64,000 nt of DNA from Amoebophrya sp. A120 (lineage: Eukaryota > Protista > Dinoflagellata), in contig CAJINV010000004.1 in the NCBI GenBank assembly GCA_905178155.1, forward strand, positions 1,047,536 through 1,111,535, in the 5' to 3' direction. Of this stretch, positions 35,401 through 44,805 are shown piece after piece (position 1 is the stretch's first letter; each line of letters begins with the position of its first letter). A program made the translations under genes and the position numbers. The notes under the pieces are model-generated. The model searched no databases. It was not told the DNA's origin and saw only the letters and a list, made by a program, of their open reading frames with translations.

Positions 35401-38244
35401 GTGGGGATACTGGCCCTGCTGTCGTTCCAATTGCTCCATTTGCCGTAGTTGTACCAGAGCCCACGAGGGCTGACGACGAGGACAACCCACCAGGCTGTTC
35501 ATCTTGCACCATTCTCGTAGGTCCTGTGGAGGCTGCGGGAGCGGGTGGGGGTACCACAGCAGCAGCAGGTGCTGTAGACCGCGTGTAGTTGCTGTCGGCC
35601 CCCGCACGTGAAGATGATGATCCACCACCCGCTCCGCCTCCGTACGCCGAACGTATCGCCGATGTCGATTTCGCTCGGACCGGTCGGATCCCTCCCCGCA
35701 ATGCCGGCGTACGGTACTTGTTGAAGGCCTGCTTTTGTCGGGACGGCGGCTGGAACGCTCTATTCGGGTTGTTCACCCCTCCTGTATGCATTGCAAAAGT
35801 ATCGTCATAGTATAAATCGCAATACAAATTGCCTCAGCATTAGAAATGGAAAGCTGTTTTACCTTAGGAAGAAGATTTGTCATGCATAGTTGCAATTTAC
35901 TACGAGTACGATACTTTTGCACAGGATATCCTGATGTTCGCGACAATTTCCGGATGTTAAACTGCGCCGCCGAGGAGTACGCCTGCATCTTATCCGGGTC
36001 CCGCCGGTCCCCGCCGCCGGCGTGGTGACGCTCGCCGCCGTGGTGGTGATACGCGTTGAAGTCGTGGTGGCCACTGCCACTGGCCCAGTGTCCCGGCTTC
36101 GAACCGGTGTCGCTCAGAAACCCGACCGGATTCAGCTGCTTGCTGTGGTGCACCGAGTTGCTTGTTCCCACCGCGGGCTCCGGCATGAACAGAAAGGGTG
36201 GGGATTGGGCCGGATGTGTTTTTGACAGTGGTCCGCTGCTCCCTCCACTTCTACTTGATGCGGACGTAACTTTCCTACCAACTGCTGCTGTATTGATGTT
36301 GCCTTCATCTTCTTGCGGCTTCTTGCCGACATAGTCCGTCAGCGGTAGTCGGATCTTCGTGACCTTTGCGGGCCGGGTCGTTGTTGTAGAACTTCTACGT
36401 TCTTGAGACGGATGTTGTAGTTGTCCTGCTCTTGTCCGGAGGTTCATCTGCGTAGAAGCAGAGGGCGCAACGTAGTTGTTGCTGGCTCTAGTACTTCTAC
36501 GTGTCGTGCCGGCTCCTGGTTTGTAATTTCCTCCTCCGGGTCTCGTTGTTGTTCGTGTAGTTCCACCCGGCGCGAAAGACTGCCCCAGTCCCTCGCGCGG
36601 TGCCGGATCTGCCAGCGGGACGAAGCGCGCCTGCGATTGCGATTGGGAATGAAATCTGTCGTCATCATACAATTCGTTGCAGTACACAGGAGCGACGGCT
36701 TCCACTGCAGCTGTTCTACAACTGCTCCTGCTGGTTTTATTGTTTTTCGTTTTCTTCACTTCCTGCTTCAGCAGTCTCCATTCGCGCTCCAGGTGGTCGT
36801 TCGTGCGGATGGGCGACGGCGGAAGGCTGGACACGTACTCCAAATCGCTGTCAATCTGCTGCGACAGCGGTTTTCGGTTGTTCTTTACGTGGTCGACAGA
36901 TTTATTTCGCCCCCGTCGGATCGTCGCCTCGTGCTCGTAAATCTGGAGCGATCGGTTTAGATTGCTGTTGCTGTACTTGTTGTTGTAGCCATCCGGTGGA
37001 AACAAATTATTGCTTTCACGAGGATCTCCATCTGCGTTGGTGTGCATCCTTTCTTCCCGCTGATTATCCTCATCTTTGTTCTCCAGATCCCTAACATACT
37101 CGATCAGCGACCGGGTCCGCTGCGTGCCACAGTCGAGTGCCGGCTTGTGCTTATAATTTCTACTACTTGGTGATGAATTGCTGTTGTTCAGCTTGTTTCT
37201 TTTTCGCCCACTTCTTGTTTCTCTACTCCCAGAGAAAGGATTTTTATCCTGGAACGCAGCCTGATGATCCACTTGCACCACCTTCGGCGTCACCAGCCCC
37301 TCTCCGCCGCCCCCGTGGCCGAAGAGGCTGCGGTCGAGTTGACTCGACGTCGTGTTCACGTCGGCGATTTCGCGCTGCCCCCCGTTTCGCTGGAATAGAG
37401 AACTGCTCCTCGCTCGGCGAGTGCCGGGGTCCAGGGGGGTCTCGTCGTCCTCCAGTGGCTCCTGTCGGCGCCGGTGGAAACGATTTTGACTTTTGTTGTA
37501 GTTCTTCTTGGAAAAACAAGCAGACGGCTTGTAGTTGCTCGTTCTGTGCTGCTGCCCGTTGAACAATGCGGCACTGGCACTGCTAGACGAGGACGCGGAC
37601 GAACTAGAAGTAGCCGATCCTTGCTTCGGTATCTTCCGCAGGTAGGCTGAGTTGAGCGCGGGATCAGGATCCTCTTCGCTGTCCAAATTTGGTTTGTTCC
37701 CTTCGTGTTGGCGGAGCATGACCAATCTCGACGCCGTGTTCCGCCCTGGTGCAGTCCTCGTTTCGAACCGCTTGCCGCTGCGGTTCCTGTTGTAGAGAAA
37801 TGAAAATGATGATAAAGCTTGTCTGAGATGCTTCTTCTTGACAGGGTGTATCTTGTTTGTGTTCGGAACGCGATTTTTGAATGATCTTGAATTAATACCT
37901 GATCATCGTCATCCTATCAATGGAACCTCTACCACCTCTAGCACTAGACTATGAGAAAATAAACAAGACACAAATAAAAAGATAATTCCAATTATTGTAC
38001 CCTCCTAATACCTGAAGACATCGTAGAAGTGCTGACTGCGTAAAAGCTTTTCTTTCACGGAAGCGTCGGTACTGCAATCCGAGTCTCGTTCCGAAGAACT
38101 GTCGAAGTCCGCTCGCTTTCGCGTCGCTTTTATTCCGCCACCCGAAGACGAGCTTCCCGGGGGTTGCGGCCGGCCGTACAAGGCTTTGTCCTTCAATACG
38201 CTCAGCTCCGCCCGGAGGGTCTTTATGTCTTTTTCCAATGACAT
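32408..38244 (-). CDS. Spliced gene, ~1207 aa low-complexity protein with short coiled coils at both ends; 7 introners + 4 GT-AG introns
   Basis: ATG 38244 (MSLEKDIK). Predicted GT-AG introns at 37938-38011, 37787-37898, 34570-34689 and 34280-34458 plus 7 introners leave 3624 nt = 1208 codons, ending ...RQENATLRRFINSNFIVTHSPRKDPARIV. Confidence 0.72.
32581..32734. mobile_element. TIR introner, family C
   Basis: tatgcatcacaacagtatcg...cgttacttttgcaaaggata; TSD ctgga. Confidence 0.85.
32806..33271. mobile_element. Family A introner containing a 200-bp nested insertion
   Basis: Family A TIRs; TSD cgccg; removing 471 nt keeps the frame. Confidence 0.92.
33025..33224. mobile_element. 200-bp insertion flanked by a 14-bp duplication (cacccagcatcaca)
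   Basis: Direct repeat at 33011-33024 and 33225-33238; single copy in sister element 10195-10448. Confidence 0.8.
33605..33867. mobile_element. TIR introner, family A (opposite orientation to 33927)
   Basis: tatcaactgcaaatatgtctgagtctgcaag...catacccagacatatttgcatttgata; TSD tccac. Confidence 0.92.
33927..34188. mobile_element. TIR introner, family A
   Basis: Family A TIRs; TSD gcggt. Confidence 0.93.
34855..35004. mobile_element. TIR introner, family C
   Basis: tatgcattgcaatagtatcg...cgatacttttgcacaggata; TSD ctgca. Confidence 0.9.
35108..35361. mobile_element. TIR introner, family A (opposite orientation to 10195)
   Basis: Family A TIRs; TSD gctca. Confidence 0.93.
35785..35928. mobile_element. 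TIR introner, family C
   Basis: tatgcattgcaaaagtatcgt...acgatacttttgcacaggata; TSD tcctg. Confidence 0.92.
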
Positions 38245-38879
38245 TTTTCCCAAAGCGCTTGATGCGGTAAATTTGAAATTTTTGCAAGGAAACGAAAATT
38301 GTCTGCAACGAACTCTACGGAGACGGTGTGGTCGGGAGAAAGATTTAACTACCATGTGGTCTTTTCGTGAAATCCAAAACGAAAATTCTCCACATCGAGA
38401 AAATTTACATACCAAGCCGCGACACAAGCAACAACAAACCTGACACGCGACTGCGCACGCTCCTGTGAATCAAACCCCTCTGTGCAGCCTCTCTGTCACT
38501 CTACCGCTCGATAACTGATCCGCGGCGCGCGCTGTCCGCTCTCATACTGTAGTCACTATCCTGAAAATAACTCTCAGGCTCTCACTTCTACGTCTGAGTA
38601 CAAGCGAAACAAGCAACAAAACGGAAAACACGAATGAAGAGTGTGGCAAGAACACGGCGAAGCCCGAAAAGGAAATGATCCAGTCTGCTTTAGCGCCGTC
38701 TTTTCATCCCATAGAAAGAAGCATCCAGGGATTTTGATTCCTGGACGAAATGTGAAAAAAATGCTAACGCATTGCATTTCTTGATGCCCGTCCCTTCCCG
38801 CGCGCCGGCCACTCTCTTGACCGTCAGATGGTACCAAAGCTGCTAGCCACTTGTCCTCTTCCTCCCCCGAGATGATTCT

Positions 38880-39935
38880 TCAAGCGCCATCTTGATTGGC
38901 GCTCGCGCGACTACCATCATCTACTTCAGCCTTCTTGTTCATATCGGCCGTATCAGGTGGTTCCCTTACCGAGTTAATCTCATGGTCCTCTTTTGGAGAA
39001 GTAGATGTGCCACTACCCACTGCTCCGCCTTGTGATTCTTCTTTTGTTCCAGCACTGATCTCCCCCTCCGTCTTCACGTCGTTTTTTTGGTATGTTTCGT
39101 TTGCAAGATTTATTTCACCAAAGAGAAAGAAACCTCCTCCTTCGCTTGTCGCACTAGCTGTTCCGGTCGCTGTGGCTCCGGTTGCTGTAGTCGTCCCATC
39201 GTCCCCCGCAGCGGCTGCCACGACCCCTCCAGGAAAATTTTTTGTTTCCGCTTCTGCTACTTTATTTATATTTTCATCATTTTCCGCTTTTTCGTCTTTA
39301 GTACAACTTGCAGAAGTAGCCTCGTTCCCCTTCGCGTCGTCCCTACTACAACAGATGAAAATAAAGCCCGCCACGACTCCGAGCACGGCCAGGAGCCCCG
39401 TTACGATCACAATCGCGGTCCGAAGCAGACCGAATTCCCCGATTGTTCGGAACAAGCGCTGAAAAGAACTACAGCAGCCCTCTTCTTCCCGGTCGTCGTC
39501 AGTTTCAGAGGGTACTTCTACGTGATCACCCAGCCCATTTTTCGCCAAAAAATCTTCGTCATTCAACGACCCGCGGAACGTTATCGACGCCCCTGCAAGC
39601 CGTCCGCTGTTCCCAAAAAGGGTTTCGCTTTCGTCAAACACTTTTAGCTTTCGTTGCTTGGTGCCGATACAGAGAAGCGTTTTCGCTAGGTGCGGTGCGG
39701 TGAAGGAGCTCCTGCTCGTCGTAGTTGACGAGACTGCTGGTGAAGGGGGGGTTGATGTAGTTGACGAGACCGCTGGTGGCACTACTCGTTGAGAAAACTG
39801 ATTAGAATTACCTCCGATCTCGTCTTCACGGGAGGCATCAGTTTCAGTTGTACTACCTGAAGATCCTGAAATAGTACCATACCCTGCTGTTGCTGCGTGC
39901 AGCACTAGACGTGGTTCCCTCGTGTACTTCTTCAC
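38880..39935 (-). CDS. 351 aa ORF with one transmembrane helix; probably the C-terminal part of the upstream PAN-like protein
   Basis: AIVIVTGLLAVLGVVAGFIFICCS followed by an acidic tail; no ATG start; overlaps the end of ORF 39853-42753 in another frame. Confidence 0.55.
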   Translation of the reverse strand: MKKYTREPRLVLHAATAGYGTISGSSGSTTETDASREDEIGGNSNQFSQRVVPPAVSSTTSTPPSPAVSSTTTSRSSFTAPHLAKTLLCIGTKQRKLKVFDESETLFGNSGRLAGASITFRGSLNDEDFLAKNGLGDHVEVPSETDDDREEEGCCSSFQRLFRTIGEFGLLRTAIVIVTGLLAVLGVVAGFIFICCSRDDAKGNEATSASCTKDEKAENDENINKVAEAETKNFPGGVVAAAAGDDGTTTATGATATGTASATSEGGGFFLFGEINLANETYQKNDVKTEGEISAGTKEESQGGAVGSGTSTSPKEDHEINSVREPPDTADMNKKAEVDDGSRASANQDGA

Positions 39936-42753
39936 CAGTCACGAGCACTGGCACCTTAGTCAGTACGAGCAGGGGGCAATCGCTGAAGAGAACACAGGTC
40001 GTCCTTCTCTTTCTAGCACTTGTACTTCCACCACTTGATGTGCCACTATAGGTGGAAAACGCCGACGGCGCCCCGTCGATCTTCGAAATCGTGGTGAAGC
40101 TGACACAACCGCGATTTCGGGCGCACTCCAGCCTGCATGTGTTGTCATCCAGAACGGACTCCTTAAACCAATAGGCTTTGCAGTTGTCTCCCTCTTGCGT
40201 CAAGTCCAGATCCTCGGGCGCACCTACTTTTGCGCAGGGATGCACGGTCTGTGTGAGCGAGCGAGAAAACGCAGCTGAAGCTGATGAACCTTCTGGTGCT
40301 GGGCCGCTGGTATTATCTTTCAAAACTTTATCCTCGTCCTCGCCTGGCGGGCCAAGTGGATTTATTTTATCACCTCTCTCGGATGTGTAGCCACACGTGC
40401 GGACGTAGGCGTGAGAAGATTTTTCCTGTGAAGGAAGTGATGCTCCCATCGTCGCTGCAGAAATCACTTCTTCCACGTGGAAAAAATCTGGGTCCGGCTT
40501 ATCTACATCTTCCTCGTTCTCTTCTGTCTCCGAAGATCCGGCCTCCGATCCGGCCTCCTGATTTTGTTCCGCCGGCCCGCCACGTTCCTCCCTAGTCTTG
40601 GCAAATTCAACGAATCTCCGGGGGCAGTAGAAATTCAGAAATTTCGAAACCCGCCACTGGCACATCGGGAGGAGGTAATCATAACCCACTTCGTTGATGC
40701 CGTTTTTCAATGTGCTTGTGTCGTCGAGCTTGTGTAGTTCTGCATCTTCTTGGTTGTGTTCTACTTCTTGTGTATCTGGAGATGTTGACGTTGACCCCAT
40801 ACGACCTTCATCTTGTTCCGTGCTGTCTGTTATTGTTTCGTTTTGTTCTTCACGACCAGCAGTGCCAATTGATGTTGTATTCGCTTCTGCCCTTTCTTGT
40901 GCTGTTTCACTTTCAGCATCATCCCCCACAAGAACTTCCGTCCAACTCTTGCTTGCTGTCTTTGATGTCACATTCGAATACAGTTGCACCAAAAACTTGT
41001 CACCGGACCTGCCCCCCGCCACTTGCGCGTCAAATAAGCTGCTCTTATCCACCTTTTGTTCTGCTGTATCGCCGAAGAGACTGGTGACGAGTTTTTCCTC
41101 GGCACTTTTCGCCTTCTCGTCCGCTTCTTTGCGCTCTCTTTCCGCCTTCGCGAGCTGCTGCGCAATGGTCAGGCGCTCCTCGTATAGATACAATTCACAG
41201 GCGGGTTTCGTCGTACCGCTCCCCCGCACCGTGTATCCATGGCACGACGAGTTTCGGGTGCAGTAAGTGGCGCAGGTTTCGTCGATAAGCGAGAGGTTTT
41301 GGTAGGATTGCTGCCTCAGCTGGAGAATTAGTTGCTGCTCCTCGGGGCTGAGCTGGTTCTTGATGTTTTCGTCGTGGAGTAGGACAATCTCAGAAGTACT
41401 ACTAGAATTAGTGCTGTTCTTGCTTGACGTGCTATTAGCATTTGCATTTGCATTATCACCCCCGCCGTCTGTCTTGTTATTTGTTCCATTTGGGTGCACC
41501 GACAGCAGACCGGCCTGCAGCTCAAAACTTGTCGTGCTGTCGTTTGCGCTATGATAATTCGCAGATGATCCGTGTTTCTCCTGCTCCAGCAGACTGCTCA
41601 ACGAAGCGGCTGCATAATTGCCGCTTTTTATCATACTATCCAAACCTGCAACACCAACCACAGCCCGCACCACCTCCTCCGGCACGGGTCGTAAGTCCGG
41701 CGTGCAAACATTCGAAGCCACCCGGTTCTCCGCCTGTCTTCCCGCCGTCGCCTGCGCGTTCCGGCCGTCCATAAACTTCCGCGTTTTCAAGGCCCCGCGG
41801 TCGTGCCGAACGCCGTATTTGCCGCGGGCTAAGGAGCCGTCCGTATTTTTATTTGACAGACGTTTTTGTCCTTGGTGTTCTTGTCCGTCGTTTTCATTCA
41901 AAACGAGCGGTGGCGTCGGCATGCCACTGCCGGTGGTCGCAACATCATCTCGTCTAGCTTTATTTGCGGACAGACCTTGTGCCTGATGCTGATTATATCC
42001 CTCGAAGGTTCTATGTTGCAGCTCGGCCCCGGTGGCTGCATTTCTTCCTTTCTCCTGGGCAAGAACGCGTCGATTTTGACGGCGGAGGTTATTTTTCCTT
42101 GCAATCTTCGTCCTTTTCATCTTCCCGAAAAGCAGTTGCGAAAAAGAGGAAATTACACTGGAAACACCGGCAGTAGACGCAGGAGAGCCATTATTGTCGT
42201 GATTGTGTAATTTATTTTCCAGCTTAATATTTCTCTGTCCTCTTCCACCGCGGGGACGAGATGAAGATCGGCCATCACGTTGCTCATCCCGTGTTCCTGC
42301 TTGCCATTCCATTTTCTTGCTAGAAGAACTACCTTCCCTGCTCGTACTGGAACTGGAAGCAGCAGCAGCAGCGGTGCTAGAATCTTCATCCAATTCACTA
42401 TCACCTTGGACGAGTTGTTCATCTTTAGAAGTTGAAGTCGGCCGCCAATTCAAACTCTGTGACACCGTGTTTTTCCGAATTTCGTCACAGATACAGGGCC
42501 CGGACCCCACGATCACGTACCCCGTTTGACTGACGAGCCCGCGAAAACCACTTATCACCCTGGTGAGCCGCGGTGGGACTACTGCATCATGCTGTTCTTC
42601 TTTTTGTACTACACGACCTTCTAGAGATGTTGATGAACCCTGATAGAACTTGAAATCTTCAGCTCCCTCGCTGGAAGTAGAAGTTCTTGTTCTAGAGGGC
42701 CCCCACCAGCTCATCCGTTCGACCGGATTTCCGCCCGCCTGCACCGCCGCCAT
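39853..42753 (-). CDS. 966 aa ORF with two PAN/apple-like Cys modules (candidate adhesin ectodomain)
   Basis: CATYCTRNSSCHGYTV...CELY and CRLECARNRGCVSFTT...CVLFSDC fit the CxxxC-x5-C-x2-aromatic...CxL pattern. Confidence 0.6.
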   Translation of the reverse strand: MAAVQAGGNPVERMSWWGPSRTRTSTSSEGAEDFKFYQGSSTSLEGRVVQKEEQHDAVVPPRLTRVISGFRGLVSQTGYVIVGSGPCICDEIRKNTVSQSLNWRPTSTSKDEQLVQGDSELDEDSSTAAAAASSSSTSREGSSSSKKMEWQAGTRDEQRDGRSSSRPRGGRGQRNIKLENKLHNHDNNGSPASTAGVSSVISSFSQLLFGKMKRTKIARKNNLRRQNRRVLAQEKGRNAATGAELQHRTFEGYNQHQAQGLSANKARRDDVATTGSGMPTPPLVLNENDGQEHQGQKRLSNKNTDGSLARGKYGVRHDRGALKTRKFMDGRNAQATAGRQAENRVASNVCTPDLRPVPEEVVRAVVGVAGLDSMIKSGNYAAASLSSLLEQEKHGSSANYHSANDSTTSFELQAGLLSVHPNGTNNKTDGGGDNANANANSTSSKNSTNSSSTSEIVLLHDENIKNQLSPEEQQLILQLRQQSYQNLSLIDETCATYCTRNSSCHGYTVRGSGTTKPACELYLYEERLTIAQQLAKAERERKEADEKAKSAEEKLVTSLFGDTAEQKVDKSSLFDAQVAGGRSGDKFLVQLYSNVTSKTASKSWTEVLVGDDAESETAQERAEANTTSIGTAGREEQNETITDSTEQDEGRMGSTSTSPDTQEVEHNQEDAELHKLDDTSTLKNGINEVGYDYLLPMCQWRVSKFLNFYCPRRFVEFAKTREERGGPAEQNQEAGSEAGSSETEENEEDVDKPDPDFFHVEEVISAATMGASLPSQEKSSHAYVRTCGYTSERGDKINPLGPPGEDEDKVLKDNTSGPAPEGSSASAAFSRSLTQTVHPCAKVGAPEDLDLTQEGDNCKAYWFKESVLDDNTCRLECARNRGCVSFTTISKIDGAPSAFSTYSGTSSGGSTSARKRRTTCVLFSDCPLLVLTKVPVLVTGEEVHEGTTSSAARSNSRVWYYFRIFR

Positions 42754-42762
42754 TGCGTACGG

Positions 42763-43974
42763 TCACAGCTGATCGCCAGCCTTGCGCTCAATTTGCAATT
42801 TCTCCTCGTCGGCGTGATCCATAAATTTCTTCTTACTGCTGGTGTGCATCAGTTCAGCATCTTGATCTTGCCCCGTACGCTTCAAATACGCGATCATGCG
42901 GTCGTCGGCGTTTCGTTGCTGTTTCCAAAACTCCATATTCATCTGCCTGTCCAAAGGGCTGGACCACTTCGACTGGATGAGTTCCTTGCGTGTCCCCTCT
43001 CTAAAGACGACTCCTTTCCCATGCCCCTTGGTCGTCCTCTTGGAGGTTTCTTCTTCTTGAGCAGACTCGAGGACAGTGGTCCCTTGGAGACAACACGAGT
43101 CGAGTCCCAGGAAGTGATTCGAGTTCATCTTCGATAACGTCGCTCTTCTACTTCCGGGGTCGGGGTCCTCGACCTCGAGCTCGTCGATGTTCAAAATCGG
43201 TGTAGAAGTCATCACATTCATCCTCCCTGGACAGCACATCATGCTGGGCGGGGACGAGGGGTTGTACCATGTTTCTGCACGATTTCTGTGGTCAACAACA
43301 TTGTCCTTTCCATGACTGTCGAAGTACTTTTCTCTGCAGAAGCGGTAATTGGAGCACTGCTGACCGCTCGGCTTCCCGACTCCTGATAAAAGAGACAAAG
43401 CTCCTGCAGACGAGGACGATCGTGAAGACAGAAAGGACGTAGTAGAGCGCCATCCTGAAATTGTGGTAGGTGCATGTGCAACTTGATCGGGGACGACTGC
43501 ATAATGATCCTTGATGGCTTCGTTCAAGTCGTTCCGAGGATGCTGCAACATCGACATCGATAACGAAGGTTCTTGTCGTGCTGGGAAAGCAGCTACATGG
43601 GAGATGCCTCCATCAATCGCGGCTTGTTGTTCTACCTTGGCGGATTCAATCCTATCCCCCTCTCTACTGTCGGCACCATTGTTAATGCCCGGGCGACGTC
43701 GTCGAAGAAGCCTCTTGTGCTGACCTCTAGAAGTACTGTGTTTTCTTTTCTCTTGCGGAGAAACTTCGTGCCGCGGTTTCCATTCTTTGATGGACCTACG
43801 ACCGTGCTCGGCAAGAAGATTTGTTCCAAATCCAATGGCGCCACTGGTGCTTTCCACAAGAAATAAAAAGCAAATCAAAACTTCCATGACTGCCAAAAGG
43901 GGCCAAACCCAAAAGTTGCGAAGTGGCGGTTTCAATTTCATCAATTTCATTAACATGAACATCCTTATCGCCAC
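42763..43974 (-). CDS. 403 aa ORF with a signal-peptide-like N-terminus; same frame as 39853-42753, separated by one TGA
   Basis: FWVWPLLAVMEVLICFLFLVESTSG; Cys cluster (CSNYRFC, MCCPG, SCCL). Confidence 0.6.
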   Translation of the reverse strand: MAIRMFMLMKLMKLKPPLRNFWVWPLLAVMEVLICFLFLVESTSGAIGFGTNLLAEHGRRSIKEWKPRHEVSPQEKRKHSTSRGQHKRLLRRRRPGINNGADSREGDRIESAKVEQQAAIDGGISHVAAFPARQEPSLSMSMLQHPRNDLNEAIKDHYAVVPDQVAHAPTTISGWRSTTSFLSSRSSSSAGALSLLSGVGKPSGQQCSNYRFCREKYFDSHGKDNVVDHRNRAETWYNPSSPPSMMCCPGRMNVMTSTPILNIDELEVEDPDPGSRRATLSKMNSNHFLGLDSCCLQGTTVLESAQEEETSKRTTKGHGKGVVFREGTRKELIQSKWSSPLDRQMNMEFWKQQRNADDRMIAYLKRTGQDQDAELMHTSSKKKFMDHADEEKLQIERKAGDQL

Positions 43975-44805
43975 GTACTGTTATTTTCTTGTTTGGTTCA
44001 AGAGTAGGACCCTAGCACCTACTCGACAAGCGCAACGTAAATAAAGGAACAGCATATACAGCTGTTGGACAACTCTACGTAGTTTTATTATTGGTGTTGA
44101 ATACAGCAACCTTGAATACAGCAACCAGGGTCAGGGAGGGGGTCAACTACTTCTTAAGGGTTTCAATAGACCGTAAGCGACCCGTGCTCGAGTACTGTGC
44201 CTGTAGTAAGAATGTCACGAAAACAAGATATACTCCAAATGAAATTCGTACTACCTGTACTTCCTGCTGACTCGCTTGCTGTTGCTACTTAACCACGCAC
44301 CGGGTAATAAAGTAGGCTTGACAATAAACGGGAGTACTGCTTCAGTGAGTACGACTTGCTACAGAACGAAACGATGCCGGACGACACCAAGGGAAATGGC
44401 CACGATTGTGAAGGGATAGTACAGACACGCTAGGTCGTCCAGCGCACGACAGATGGGAGTCAGAACTACCAACGACTTAATTCACGAGGGAAGCACACGA
44501 CGTGGTGACTAAAAAACTAAAAAGAAAAACACGTCAACAGCCAAACGCGAACAACAACAATTCTCGATGGATGTAGCTAGAAGCCCTAGGAGGGCCCCCG
44601 CCGGCTGCTACATCTTTGGCTGACCAAGCAGAACAAAGGTTTGCGAGCGCAGCGCCAGAAACGCGGAACTAGTACACGGGATCTGACGAACAAGCAAACA
44701 TTCTAAATAGCTAGAACAGGTGCACTTTACCTTCATCGTACGTCGACGTACGTACAGAAACAGGTTGTACAAGAACGTAGACGACGCGCCTCTTTTCATT
44801 ATTTT

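Noticed and set aside
44097-44126. 15-bp tandem duplication ttgaatacagcaacc
   Set aside because: Only two copies, intergenic; most simply explained by slippage.
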